Positions 28,710 to 39,233 of a DNA stretch of 64,000 nucleotides are shown here, piece after piece (within the stretch, counting starts at the first letter, position 1; the number at the start of each line of letters is the position of its first letter). This stretch comes from Methanomethylovorans hollandica DSM 15978 (lineage in GTDB: Archaea; Halobacteriota; Methanosarcinia; Methanosarcinales; Methanosarcinaceae), in contig NC_019977.1 of assembly GCF_000328665.1 (NCBI RefSeq), positions 186,001 through 250,000 of the forward strand, read 5' to 3'. The notes beneath the pieces are model-generated. The model was not told the DNA's origin. It did no database searches and saw nothing but the letters and a program-made list of their open reading frames with translations. A program made the translations under genes and the position numbers.

Positions 28710-28819
28710 GCCCGGATAGCCTAGTCGGTTGGGGCGCCAGACTCATAGGGAAAATTAACGAGTGCGTCCAAATCTCCTGAGATATCTGGAGGTCGCGTGT
28801 TCGAGTCACGCTCCGGGCA
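28710..28819 (+). tRNA. tRNA-Met(CAT), elongator-type, with a 36-nt intron at the canonical 37/38 position (28748-28783)
   Basis: GCCCGGA/TCCGGGC acceptor stem, CCAGA CT CAT A[intron]A TCTGG, BHB-type CTCA/TGAG helix. Confidence 0.92.
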
Positions 28820-28978
28820 CTAATTTTTAATTCAGAGTTTTAATCTAATTTTTTCTTATTGTTTGCATATTTAGTCACATTTGACAAAAATATTTTAATC
28901 ATTTTATTTAAGTCTTTCTCAATTATTTCTATCTCTTATCGCGTAAACCATATATGCTGTCAGAAGTTACATAGGCTC

Positions 28979-31690
28979 ATGAACTTTCAGATCCTGGATG
29001 CTGACTATGTAACCGAAGATACTGCTCCTGTTGTGCGCCTCTTTGGCAGAGCTGAGGATGGTAAGAGTGTCTGCTGTTATGTGCCGGGGTTTGAACCATA
29101 TTTTTATGTGAATGCTTCCGATGAGCTTGACCTGATCTGCAAGCTCATCAAGGAACGTTTTGACGTGGTCAAGAATGTCGAGATCGTCCAGCGGTTTGAG
29201 CCAGTAGGGTACCAGAAGTCCAAAAAGTCCATGATACAGGTCACGACCTATGAGCCAAGGCATGTTCCTGAGATCCGTGATGATATACTGCAGATCCCCG
29301 GAGTCATGGAGGTATACGAAACGGACATACTGTTCCGGAACCGCTTTTTGATAGACAGGGAACTGCATGGCATGGGCTGGGTATCTGTTTCCCCCTCTCA
29401 GGAAGCCCATCAGGGGGGTAAGATCTATTGTGACACCGTCTGCTTAGACAGGCAGCCTGCTGAAGTGGATAAGCTACCTAATGCTCCTCTTAAGTTCCTT
29501 TCCTTTGATATCGAATGTCTGCCAATAGGCGGCTCAATGCCTTCTCCGGATGAGTCTCCTGTGATCATGATCAGTCTCACATTTGCTCCAGCCTACAATG
29601 GTCACGATTCCATTGTACTTGTGGCAAAGCCTGTCTCAGGGGCTGGTCCTGATGTAGAGTCACTGCAAAACGAAGAGTCCATGTTAAAGCGGTTCTTTGA
29701 GATACTCAGGGACTATGACCCGGATATACTAATAGGTTACAACATCAACGATTTCGATATTCCTTACATTAGTGACCGGATCAAGTTCCTTGCAGACTCT
29801 GGAACTAATATAAACTCTGGCTCAGGGCGTGACGGGAGGCCAATGAGCTACCGGAAGATCGGAACAATGACCATGATCTCCATGGCAGGGAGGGTTGTGG
29901 TCGATGTCCTTCCTCTTGTCCGCAGCCAGTTCAGTTTAAAGAGATACACCTTGCGTAATGTAGCCAAAGAGCTGCTGGACCGGGAAAAACTTGATGTGGC
30001 GCCTTCAGAAATGGAGGATCACTGGAACGATGAAGGAGAAAAACTTCTCAAATTCATAGATTATGCAAGACGCGACTCAGAACTTGCCATGGAGTTGGTC
30101 ATGAAACTCCAGTTACTTGACAGGTACATAGCCATCTCCAGGGTAAGTGGTTCCCTCTTACAGGAAGTCATTGATGGCGGCCAGACGTCTATGGTGGAGA
30201 ACCTTTTGCTGCGTGAATGCCGCATTAGGGATCGAGTGATACCTCCCAAACCTGATGACAATCTAGTCTATTCCAGGAACAAGAACAGCGAAGGTTTGAA
30301 GGGAGGTGAAGTACTGGAGCCTAAAAAAGGACTTCTTGAAAACGTAGTGATATTAGACTACAAGTCCCTCTATCCCACTATAATGATGGCCCACAATCTC
30401 TGCTATTCAACCGTCGTTGAGAAAGATATCCCAGGAGAAGGGGAGACCATTACTCCGCCATCAGGTGGAAGATTTGTAACCGCAGACGTTTCAAAAGGGA
30501 TCATGCCTGCTATCCTGGAAAATCTGCTCAACAGAAGGATAGAGACCAAGAAGCGCATGAAAGACATATCCAATGAGGATGAATACAAGGCTCTTGATGC
30601 AACCCAGCTTGCCATGAAAATATTGCTGAACAGCTTTTATGGGTATGCAGGTTATACCCGTGCACGTCTGTACAGTCTAACTCTGGCTAATGCTGTCACA
30701 AGCTTTGGCAGGGAGAATATCCTTACCACACGTTCACTTATAGAGGATACTATACACACTATTTACCTTAAGGATGGCAATTCCTATCTACAAAGTGAGA
30801 TAGCATCCGACCCTCTGAACAAGGACATTTCTCTCTCAGTAGTATATGGGGATACTGATAGTGTCTTTGTGCAATGCACAGGAAAAACTGAGATCTCACT
30901 TGAAGATGCAGAGCTTGTAGGTAAGAAGATCTCAGGCATAGTTTCGGCTTCTTTGCCAGATCCAATGGAACTGGAGTTTGAGTCCATAGCAAAACGTGCT
31001 CTTTTCATAGCAAAAAAAAGGTATGCTATCTGGGTATTCGAGCGCTTTGGAGATGGCTGGAAAGATGGTATAAAGGTAAAAGGTATGGAAACCGTCCGCA
31101 GAGACTGGTGTGAACTCACATCCAAGACGTTGAACAGAGTACTTGAGCTAGTGCTTAAGGCAGGTGAAGTAGAGGCAGCAGTGCAGCATGTGAGAAAAGT
31201 AGTAGATTCTATACGTAACCTGGATGTCACAAAGGATAGGGATATTATAGATGATCTGACGATGACGCGCATGTACTCCAAGAGGCGTGAACACTATAAG
31301 AACAAACAACCTCATATTACGGTAGCTGAGAAGATGGAGCAGAGAACCGGTTCTCTGCCGCCTGTGGGTGAGCGCATACCTTTTGTCATTATTGCAGGTA
31401 AAGATCTATTCGTGAACCGTGCCGAGGATCCGGAATATGTCCGTGAGAACAATGTGCCCATTGATGTTGATTACTATGTTAAGAAACAGATCCTTCCTCC
31501 TGTGGAGAGGATCCTGGGAGTATTCGGTGTAGACCTTGTAAACCTTGATTATGATTCAAAGCAGACCGGCCTGTCAGATTTTACAGCCGGCCCCTCTGAA
31601 AAAAAGATACGGAGATCAGTGCCAAGGACGTCGGATATAGGGGGGCAACCACCCAACAGTGGTTCACAAAGTTCGCTCTTTGATTTCTGA
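28979..31690 (+). CDS. polB: Family B DNA polymerase
   Basis: Exo I DIE, DYKSLYPT, KILLNSFYG, YGDTDS, KKRY; no intein. Confidence 0.97.
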   Translation: MNFQILDADYVTEDTAPVVRLFGRAEDGKSVCCYVPGFEPYFYVNASDELDLICKLIKERFDVVKNVEIVQRFEPVGYQKSKKSMIQVTTYEPRHVPEIRDDILQIPGVMEVYETDILFRNRFLIDRELHGMGWVSVSPSQEAHQGGKIYCDTVCLDRQPAEVDKLPNAPLKFLSFDIECLPIGGSMPSPDESPVIMISLTFAPAYNGHDSIVLVAKPVSGAGPDVESLQNEESMLKRFFEILRDYDPDILIGYNINDFDIPYISDRIKFLADSGTNINSGSGRDGRPMSYRKIGTMTMISMAGRVVVDVLPLVRSQFSLKRYTLRNVAKELLDREKLDVAPSEMEDHWNDEGEKLLKFIDYARRDSELAMELVMKLQLLDRYIAISRVSGSLLQEVIDGGQTSMVENLLLRECRIRDRVIPPKPDDNLVYSRNKNSEGLKGGEVLEPKKGLLENVVILDYKSLYPTIMMAHNLCYSTVVEKDIPGEGETITPPSGGRFVTADVSKGIMPAILENLLNRRIETKKRMKDISNEDEYKALDATQLAMKILLNSFYGYAGYTRARLYSLTLANAVTSFGRENILTTRSLIEDTIHTIYLKDGNSYLQSEIASDPLNKDISLSVVYGDTDSVFVQCTGKTEISLEDAELVGKKISGIVSASLPDPMELEFESIAKRALFIAKKRYAIWVFERFGDGWKDGIKVKGMETVRRDWCELTSKTLNRVLELVLKAGEVEAAVQHVRKVVDSIRNLDVTKDRDIIDDLTMTRMYSKRREHYKNKQPHITVAEKMEQRTGSLPPVGERIPFVIIAGKDLFVNRAEDPEYVRENNVPIDVDYYVKKQILPPVERILGVFGVDLVNLDYDSKQTGLSDFTAGPSEKKIRRSVPRTSDIGGQPPNSGSQSSLFDF

Positions 31691-32350
31691 TCAGTTCAGC
31701 CTTACTCTTTCGGCTGTTGCCAGATATACTATGCTTTGGCATATATTGCATACATGGTCGCCTATACGTTCCAGGTATCTCAGGACAAATAACAGGTGTG
31801 AAGCATCACTGATAATGGTGTTATTCTTGTTCATTATCTCTATATATTGTCTCTCATTTTCAAAGAAGAGCTCATCTAATTTATCATCATATTCTGCTAT
31901 TTTTTTAGCCAGTTTGGCATCTGAGTTCTTGAATGCCACAATTGTATCCTCAAGCATCTTTTCTGCTATATCGCTCATTGAGGATATCCTTGACAACAGT
32001 GGCTCAACATCAGTAATTCCTCCTTCTACTTCCAAGGTTACCCATGCAATGTTGCTGGCAAGATCGCTTAATCTCTCCAGATCTATGGCAATAGTAAGAC
32101 ACGAAGTTATAAGTCTCATGTCTCCAGCCATAGGTTGCTGAAGAGTTATAAGACTTGATACGCACTTATCGATTATCATCTCATGTTCGTCTACGATATC
32201 ATCCATTGCAATAGTTTCTTCTGCAAGTTCCTTGTCCAGTGTTAGGAGAGATGTTGTAGAGTTTTTGATCATATTCAGTGAGGTCACAGCCATTTCTACT
32301 GTGTTAGATCTCAAAATCTCCAGGTTTCTCTGGTATTTTTCTCTTGACAT
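31691..32350 (-). CDS. phoU: Phosphate signalling protein PhoU
   Basis: QQPMAGDMR, DLERLSD and LERIGDH motifs. Confidence 0.95.
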   Translation of the reverse strand: MSREKYQRNLEILRSNTVEMAVTSLNMIKNSTTSLLTLDKELAEETIAMDDIVDEHEMIIDKCVSSLITLQQPMAGDMRLITSCLTIAIDLERLSDLASNIAWVTLEVEGGITDVEPLLSRISSMSDIAEKMLEDTIVAFKNSDAKLAKKIAEYDDKLDELFFENERQYIEIMNKNNTIISDASHLLFVLRYLERIGDHVCNICQSIVYLATAERVRLN

Positions 32351-32354
32351 GTAT

Positions 32355-33128
32355 TCACCCGAACCTTCCAGTGATGTAATCTTCTGTCGGTTTCATCTTC
32401 GGATTCTCAAATATCTGCTCAGTTTTGCCATATTCTATGATATCCCCTGTGAGGAAGAAAGCAGTGTGATCTGATATCCTTGCAGCCTGTTGCATATTAT
32501 GTGTGACTATCACTATGGTATATTTCTTTTTGAGCTCCATTATAAGCTCTTCTATCTTGGAGGTGGATATTGGATCAAGGGCACTGCAAGGTTCATCAAA
32601 TAATATTACTTCTGGTCTAACAGCCAGGGTTCTTGCAATACATAGTCTTTGTTGTTGTCCTCCACTTAGATCAAGAGCAGATGTTGTCAATCTTTCGGCA
32701 ACTTCTTCCCACAAAGCTCCTGATCTTAGGGCATCTTCTACCACTCCATCGATGTCTTTTTTAGCAACACCGTGTATTTTAGGTCCATACGCAATGTTGT
32801 CTTGGATAGACATCGGAAATGGGTTTGGTTTCTGGAACACCATGCCTACTCTTTTTCTTAGATCCACTACATCAATATCCTTGGAGTAAATGTCCTTATT
32901 GTCTATTTTTACGCTGCCTTGTATCCGACAATTCTTTACAAGATCATTCATTCTGTTAAGACACCTTAGAAATGTAGATTTTCCACATCCAGAAGGCCCT
33001 ATTAAGGCTGTAACACTGTTCTTAGGTATATCAATAGAAACATCGTGAAGTGCATGGTTTTCACCATACCATAGATTAAGCCCTCTTACTTCTATCTCGG
33101 TATGGTTTCCTTTATTAGGTTCTGACAT
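32355..33128 (-). CDS. pstB: Phosphate ABC transporter ATPase
   Basis: [27 protein letters not shown]. Confidence 0.97.
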   Translation of the reverse strand: MSEPNKGNHTEIEVRGLNLWYGENHALHDVSIDIPKNSVTALIGPSGCGKSTFLRCLNRMNDLVKNCRIQGSVKIDNKDIYSKDIDVVDLRKRVGMVFQKPNPFPMSIQDNIAYGPKIHGVAKKDIDGVVEDALRSGALWEEVAERLTTSALDLSGGQQQRLCIARTLAVRPEVILFDEPCSALDPISTSKIEELIMELKKKYTIVIVTHNMQQAARISDHTAFFLTGDIIEYGKTEQIFENPKMKPTEDYITGRFG

Positions 33129-33143
33129 CTGCTTACCTCTTTA

Positions 33144-34001
33144 TTAATTTCTGAGCTTTCTTCTATAATGTCTCCTTATCATGACCGCTATCATGTTGAA
33201 ACTTAGGACTATGGCCAGCAGTACCAGTGCAGTACCATATTGTATAGGTCTTGTTTGAGCTATATTGGTGCCAGCAGTTGCAATTACATACAAATGATAA
33301 GGAAGTGCCATGAATTGGGAGTATATTGAATCAGGGAGCCTTGGAAGGAAATACGCAGCTCCTGTTAACAATATAGGTGCGGTCTCTCCTGCAACTCTAC
33401 CTACTGCAAGGATAATGCCTGTTATCATTCCTGGAATAGCAGGAGGCAGTACGACCTGTCTGATAGTCTGCCATTTAGTGACTCCAAGTGCCAGTGAAGC
33501 ATAGCGGTATTCTTCGGGTACAGTTATCAGTGCTTCCTGGCTTGCTCTGATTATGATCGGTAGAGCCATTAGTGCAAGGGTCAGCGCTGAAGCTATCAAT
33601 GACGCTCCATATCCCAGATACTTCACAAACATCGCAAGTCCGAAAAGTCCAAACACAACGGATGGTGTTCCTGCAAGGTTGATTATAGCCATTTCTATGA
33701 CCCATTTGGTTCTACCCGGTTGTGCATATTCATTGAGGTATATAGCAGATAGTATCCCTACAGGTAAAGCTACAATCATCGATCCAATTATCAGATATAC
33801 TGTTCCCAATATAGCAGGATATATCCCGCCTTCTGTCATTCTGTTCCTGGGCATCTCTGTGAGGAAATCGATGCTAAGGACACTATATCCATTTATGATT
33901 ATTTGCAGAAGTATTATTGCAACCAACGCTGCTACCAGGGCAGTTCCTAATTTTAGAAAGGAAAAAGCTATCCTCTGATCACGTTTCGCTTTACTTGTCA
34001 T
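33144..34001 (-). CDS. pstA: Phosphate ABC transporter permease
   Basis: LAGTPSVVFGLFG and RVAGETAP motifs. Confidence 0.96.
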   Translation of the reverse strand: MTSKAKRDQRIAFSFLKLGTALVAALVAIILLQIIINGYSVLSIDFLTEMPRNRMTEGGIYPAILGTVYLIIGSMIVALPVGILSAIYLNEYAQPGRTKWVIEMAIINLAGTPSVVFGLFGLAMFVKYLGYGASLIASALTLALMALPIIIRASQEALITVPEEYRYASLALGVTKWQTIRQVVLPPAIPGMITGIILAVGRVAGETAPILLTGAAYFLPRLPDSIYSQFMALPYHLYVIATAGTNIAQTRPIQYGTALVLLAIVLSFNMIAVMIRRHYRRKLRN

Positions 34002-34897
34002 TGTCCTGCCCCCAGGTTGAATCTATATTTTCTTTTTATGTATTCTGCAATAATATTGGTCATTAAAGTGGTTATGAACAGTATGGAACCTATTGCAAAG
34101 AGTGCATAGAAATGTTCACTGCCTTGTGGTACTTCTCCCATTTCCAATGCAATGGTGGCAGTCATAGTCCTCACAGGGGCAAAAAGCCCATCCGGGAAAC
34201 CAGGTATTATTGCAGTGTTTCCTGTGACCATCATCACTGTCATTGTTTCCCCTATGGCTCTTCCAATGCCCAGCATCACAGCAGCAGATATTCCAGACAG
34301 GGCAGCAGGGATTGTTACTTTGTAAATAGTTTGCCATTCTGTAGAACCCAGGGCAAGAGAGCCTTCTTTTATTGCGCGGGGTACTGAGCTGATTGCATCT
34401 TCAGAAATGGATATGATCGTAGGTAATGCCATTATTCCTAATATTATAGAACCAGCAAGTGCACTTTGTCCTGTAGGGAGGTCTAACGTGTTCTGAAGTA
34501 GTGGGACTAGGACTACAAGGCCGAAGAATCCATACACAACTGAAGGAATCCCGGCGAGGATCTCTATAACAGGTTTAAGCACATCTGCTTCTTTTGCCCC
34601 CGCAAGCTCTGAAATGTATATAGCCACTGCAATTCCGAGAGGTACTGCTAAAACAATAGCTCCAAATGTAACTATTATTGACCCGAATAGTAACGGCAGC
34701 AATCCGAACTGATGTGGTTGGGATGTAGGGTACCACCGCGTACCTGTAAGGAATTCTATTAATGGGTATTTCTGGAATAGAGCAAGCCCATCTTTAAATA
34801 AAAAAATACAGATGAGGAGAAGGATAACTACTGCTGTAACTGCTGAGAGATATAGCAGAGATTCGATCGCTTTTTCTCTGTAATGTCCAGTTGTCAT
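33998..34897 (-). CDS. pstC: Phosphate ABC transporter permease
   Basis: LAGIPSVVYG and GRAIGETM motifs. Confidence 0.96.
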   Translation of the reverse strand: MTTGHYREKAIESLLYLSAVTAVVILLLICIFLFKDGLALFQKYPLIEFLTGTRWYPTSQPHQFGLLPLLFGSIIVTFGAIVLAVPLGIAVAIYISELAGAKEADVLKPVIEILAGIPSVVYGFFGLVVLVPLLQNTLDLPTGQSALAGSIILGIMALPTIISISEDAISSVPRAIKEGSLALGSTEWQTIYKVTIPAALSGISAAVMLGIGRAIGETMTVMMVTGNTAIIPGFPDGLFAPVRTMTATIALEMGEVPQGSEHFYALFAIGSILFITTLMTNIIAEYIKRKYRFNLGAGQ

Positions 34898-34921
34898 TTC
34901 AGATCCTTTTTCTTGATCTTA

Positions 34922-35836
34922 TTAGATTGCAGGGAAGTACCCTACCTCAGAAACTATTGACTGCCCCTCGGCACTCATCACATAATCCATAAATTCTTTT
35001 GTAAGTCCCTGGGGTTCGCCGTTAGTGTAGTAAAATAGCTTCCTTGCCAATGGGTATTCTCCCCTGAGGATCTTTTCTTGGGTTGCGGGCACGAATATCC
35101 CATCTCCTCCATCAAGTGCAAGAGCCTTCACACTGTTATCTACATATGCATACCCTATATATCCGATAGCTCCTTTGTTCTGGGCTGTTTCCTGGACGAT
35201 GGCTCCGGTTGCAGGTTGAACAAGAGCATCCTGGCGGTATTCGCTTTCTCCAAGAACCTCTTCCTTGAAGTATTCATATGTGCCTGAGCTACTATCACGG
35301 CTGATCACAGTAATTTTTCTGTCCTCACCGCCAACGTCTTTCCAGTTACTTATATTTCCATCGTAGACGGCTTTTAGCTGTGCGAAAGTCAATTGGTTTA
35401 CAGGGTTCTCTGGATGTACAACAACTGCAATTCCATCCCATCCAATTGTGGTTTCTAGTGGATTGATACCTTTTTGTTTTGCTTGCTCTATTTCTGAGTC
35501 TTTCATTGACCTGGAAGCCATGGCTATTTCTATTTCACCATCTATAAGAGCAGCTATTCCCACTCCTGAACCCCCGCCAATTACTGTTATACTTTTGTCA
35601 GCATTCTTGAGCATAAACTCTTCAGCTTCTGCCTGAGACAGTGGAAGCACAGTGTCAGATCCTTTTATCATGATGCCTTTTTCATCAGTCGTATCTTCAG
35701 AAGCACTTGATGTGTCTTCTGTGGTGCCAGCTTCTTTATTGTTATCTACACAGCCAATCCCTGCAAATGTGAACCCTATAACAAGGAACACAGTTATAAG
35801 GATAAGTGTTTTGTAAAGTCTTGTTCGTTTGAACAT
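34922..35836 (-). CDS. pstS: Phosphate-binding lipoprotein
   Basis: GSDTV, GGGSGVG and SRDSSSGT motifs; lipobox GIGC. Confidence 0.96.
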   Translation of the reverse strand: MFKRTRLYKTLILITVFLVIGFTFAGIGCVDNNKEAGTTEDTSSASEDTTDEKGIMIKGSDTVLPLSQAEAEEFMLKNADKSITVIGGGSGVGIAALIDGEIEIAMASRSMKDSEIEQAKQKGINPLETTIGWDGIAVVVHPENPVNQLTFAQLKAVYDGNISNWKDVGGEDRKITVISRDSSSGTYEYFKEEVLGESEYRQDALVQPATGAIVQETAQNKGAIGYIGYAYVDNSVKALALDGGDGIFVPATQEKILRGEYPLARKLFYYTNGEPQGLTKEFMDYVMSAEGQSIVSEVGYFPAI

Positions 35837-35875
35837 GATTTGTCTCCTCTTTATTTGTGTTTTTCAATCTGAACA

Positions 35876-35963
35876 TACTATATCTGTAGATAAGTATTCT
35901 GTAAATACAATATATTGCTCTATACATTCTATGGGGTGCTATATTGTTCATATTTTCTATATA
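35876..35963 (-). promoter_or_regulatory. Periodic ATAG direct-repeat array upstream of pstS (Pho-box-like)
   Basis: Minus strand: tatATAGaaaatATGAacaatATAGcaccccATAGaatgtATAGagcaatATAT, period 9-10 nt. Confidence 0.45.
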
Positions 35964-36189
35964 GTTAATTTATACTTAAACACTCATGGTTTGTAACTTA
36001 TGAACGGTAAAATCAAATTCAATAGGTAGTTACGTCAATACTATAAGTTTCAAACAAGAGGTTAACAACTATAATTTTCATAATTTATTCTACTTTGATC
36101 AGCAACAAAGTAAATTTAGTTGTTTCAATGCAACCAATTCTCTATAAAGAACAAAAGTACCAAATAGGGTAATTGAAATAATAATAAAC

Positions 36190-37560
36190 ATGCCAGATCT
36201 ACTTATTAAGAATGCCAAGATATTTTATGACAATTATCTTCAGCCTGCAGAAATAGTAATAGATGAAGGAAAGGTCATCAAGATAGCAAAAGAAGCCGAT
36301 GTCATAGCTGGTGAGGTAATAGATGCAGCAGGTTCTCTAGTTCTTCCTGCAGGGATAGATGTCCACGTACATTTCAGAGAGCCAGGGCTGACTCACAAAG
36401 AAGACTGGTATACTGGCTCATGTGCTGCAGCGGCAGGCGGTATAGCAACGGTGGTGGACCACCCTAATACTATTCCTCCCACAATTGACAAAAAATCCTT
36501 TGAAGAAAAGCTCAAGCTTGCATCTCGTAAATCCATTGTAGATTTTGGTATCCACGGAGGAGTCACAAACAACATTGAAAAATTAACAGAGTTGTGGGGG
36601 GAAGGGGTCACAGCATTTGGTGAGATATTTATGGCTGAATCCACCGGGGGTCTAAACATCGATGAGATAACACTTGAAAAGGCCTTAGGAATATTGAATG
36701 AATTAGGGGCAATTGCGGTCATTCATGCAGAAGATGATACCATCCGCTTGGAATGTGAGGCTTTATTAAAAAATGATATGTCACCTTCTTCTCATTCAAG
36801 AGCAAGGCCTAATATATGCGAGGCTACAGCAGTGCAAAAAGTCGTGGATCTTCTTAGGAAGACCGGTGCAAGAGGTCACATCTGCCATGTTAGTGCTTTT
36901 GAGTCTGTGGGTGTGCTAGGCAGAGACAGGTATATTGCACGGGAAAAAAGTCTATCACCTATCACATGTGAGGTCACACCTCATCATCTTTTCCTTTCTA
37001 CCCGGGATTGGGAAAGACTGGGTTGTTATGGTAAAATGAACCCACCTCTCAGGGACCGCAGAAGTGTGAAGTTTCTCCTGAACTCACTGAATGACGGAAC
37101 CATAGATATTGTTGCATCAGATCATGCTCCTCATTGTGAAAGTGAAAAAGACATGGACATAAAGACAGCTCCATCAGGAGTTCCAGGAGTGGAAACTTTA
37201 ATGCCTTTGATGCTCATGGCAGTGAAAAAGAATCTTCTTCCGCTGGGGCGTATGGTAGATGCCACAAGTGCTGCTCCAGCCAGGATATTTGGTCTGGACA
37301 GGCATTCTAAAGGCAGGTTAAAAGTAGGTTTTGATGCTGACCTCATTATTGTGGACACAAAAAAGGTTACTACTATAAAAGGCGAACTTTTGCATGGAAA
37401 GGTGGGCTGGACTCCCTTTGAAGGGGTTGAAGCTATCTTCCCCGATATTACGATATCAAGGGGTAATGTTATATGGGATGGCGAGATATCGGCCCCCCGT
37501 GGGCGAGGAAATTTCTTGCCCGGAACAGGAAAGTACATGGCAACTAGTGGCCATCATTGA
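36190..37560 (+). CDS. pyrC: Dihydroorotase
   Basis: DVHVHFREPG, HPNT, KMNPPLR and ASDHAPH motifs. Confidence 0.92.
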   Translation: MPDLLIKNAKIFYDNYLQPAEIVIDEGKVIKIAKEADVIAGEVIDAAGSLVLPAGIDVHVHFREPGLTHKEDWYTGSCAAAAGGIATVVDHPNTIPPTIDKKSFEEKLKLASRKSIVDFGIHGGVTNNIEKLTELWGEGVTAFGEIFMAESTGGLNIDEITLEKALGILNELGAIAVIHAEDDTIRLECEALLKNDMSPSSHSRARPNICEATAVQKVVDLLRKTGARGHICHVSAFESVGVLGRDRYIAREKSLSPITCEVTPHHLFLSTRDWERLGCYGKMNPPLRDRRSVKFLLNSLNDGTIDIVASDHAPHCESEKDMDIKTAPSGVPGVETLMPLMLMAVKKNLLPLGRMVDATSAAPARIFGLDRHSKGRLKVGFDADLIIVDTKKVTTIKGELLHGKVGWTPFEGVEAIFPDITISRGNVIWDGEISAPRGRGNFLPGTGKYMATSGHH

Positions 37561-37625
37561 GGATTCCATGAGCATAAAACCATAACCTTTTAAATATATA
37601 ATACATATATTATGTTCATGGTGTT

Positions 37626-38525
37626 GTGATGAAATCCAAGTTCGCTATTCATACTACTCTAAGCAGCGATGCTATTAAGGTTCTTGAAAGATATGAGAAG
37701 GACCTAGGTGCTAAAAACGTAGTATTAGAGAAAGCTTTACTCAATCTGGATAACAGTCGATTCAAGGCTAAACTTGATACACAAAACATTGACAGGTTAC
37801 TCAAAAGAGTTCCTACTGGAGTACCTGGATTGGACGAATTTCTTGAGGGAGGTTTCCCAAAGGGTTTTTCAATTATAGTAACAGGACCTCCAGGGACAGG
37901 TAAAACTACTTTTTGTATGCAATTCCTAATGGAAGGTGCAAAGAATAGTGAGCGATGCATTTTCTTCTCATTCGAAGAAAGGGCTCAGCAGCTAGTACAA
38001 CATTTCATGAGATTTGGCTGGGACATAGGTAAGTATATTGATGATGGCTATCTGGAGGTTTTCGGTATATCTATGCTCACTTCTGAAGAGATGATCGAAA
38101 TTATCGAATCCCATAAACCTGATAGGGTTGTATTTGATTCTCTTAATGTATTTACGGCTCCTGATGAGTTCAGGAGGTCAACCTCATGGCGTGCTCTGCA
38201 CAGATTGCTTAAAAAGGAGAAGATAACTTCATTGTTGGTAACCGAAAAGACGCATGGCATAGAGGAAAAACATTTTGATGACTATGATTTTCTGGGAGAT
38301 GGCATTGTTTTCCTTGATTTCATTCAGACAAACGATATCGATACTACTCCAATGCCTGTAATGGCAATACAGAAAATGAGGGCTACGTGCATAGAGCGCA
38401 CTCCACAACCTTTTAGGTTCACTGCTACAGGCATTGCTAAATACCGAGCATTAAACATTCCTCAAAAGATCTTACAAGACAAAATAGATCAGCGTCGTAC
38501 GGAACGGGATTTAGGTATAGTATGA
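37626..38525 (+). CDS. KaiC/RAD55-family ATPase with an N-terminal extension
   Basis: TGVPGLD, GPPGTGKT, FEE, KMRA; about 55 extra N-terminal residues. Confidence 0.9.
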   Translation: MMKSKFAIHTTLSSDAIKVLERYEKDLGAKNVVLEKALLNLDNSRFKAKLDTQNIDRLLKRVPTGVPGLDEFLEGGFPKGFSIIVTGPPGTGKTTFCMQFLMEGAKNSERCIFFSFEERAQQLVQHFMRFGWDIGKYIDDGYLEVFGISMLTSEEMIEIIESHKPDRVVFDSLNVFTAPDEFRRSTSWRALHRLLKKEKITSLLVTEKTHGIEEKHFDDYDFLGDGIVFLDFIQTNDIDTTPMPVMAIQKMRATCIERTPQPFRFTATGIAKYRALNIPQKILQDKIDQRRTERDLGIV

Positions 38526-39203
38526 TATGAGGCTTGATATCAACGCTACAACATAAATAGCTTTAAAGCTTCCCGTACCTCCTATGCTAATATATGCACT
38601 TCCATTTTTTTCCCCATCTAGCGTTAGCAGAGAAGCTATATATCCTGCCAGTATTCCTAATATGCTTGAAGTGAAGATAACGCTGTCTGCATTATTTGGA
38701 GAAAGTATTAATGCAAGGGGGAATGCTATTATTCCGATATAGTCGGGTATCTCTATCCCAACTCCATCTATCATCTCTGATGCAAGAAATGTGATCACAG
38801 TGATTATCAGGGCAATTTCTAAGGATTCGGTGATTGGTCCTGTTATCAGCAAGTATACAACAGCTACTAAGGGGATAATCACCCCTGCAAAATTTATAGT
38901 CAATTTTGTATCAAATACTCTTTCTTTAGGAGTTATGAGTTCTTCTGATACGGGCACACTGTATATTTTTTCTAGAACAAGAGCATTCTGGGAAAGGAGC
39001 TCGGCTTTTCTAGTGCGCATGCTGGTTATTGGTATTTCTATGTTTCTTGTGACCAACATGAGGAGAAGCATGACAAAAAGTGGAAAAGAGGTTATGGAAC
39101 CAATGCTTATCTTGTTCTCATAACAGAGGATAGCTATAGGTAGCAGTATCGATCCGAATATTGCGATCATTTTGAGTTCTGCACGGTTAACATATCCTCT
39201 CAT
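38511..39203 (-). CDS. DUF1614-like membrane protein
   Basis: INFAGVIIP, GVGIEIP and SIGGTGSF motifs; multiple TM helices. Confidence 0.75.
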   Translation of the reverse strand: MRGYVNRAELKMIAIFGSILLPIAILCYENKISIGSITSFPLFVMLLLMLVTRNIEIPITSMRTRKAELLSQNALVLEKIYSVPVSEELITPKERVFDTKLTINFAGVIIPLVAVVYLLITGPITESLEIALIITVITFLASEMIDGVGIEIPDYIGIIAFPLALILSPNNADSVIFTSSILGILAGYIASLLTLDGEKNGSAYISIGGTGSFKAIYVVALISSLISYYT

Positions 39204-39233
39204 TCCTTTCCTCCGGCTATGTCTGTGGAATCT

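Noticed and set aside
28979..31690. Intein in polB
   Set aside because: The length is ordinary and the polymerase motifs are contiguous
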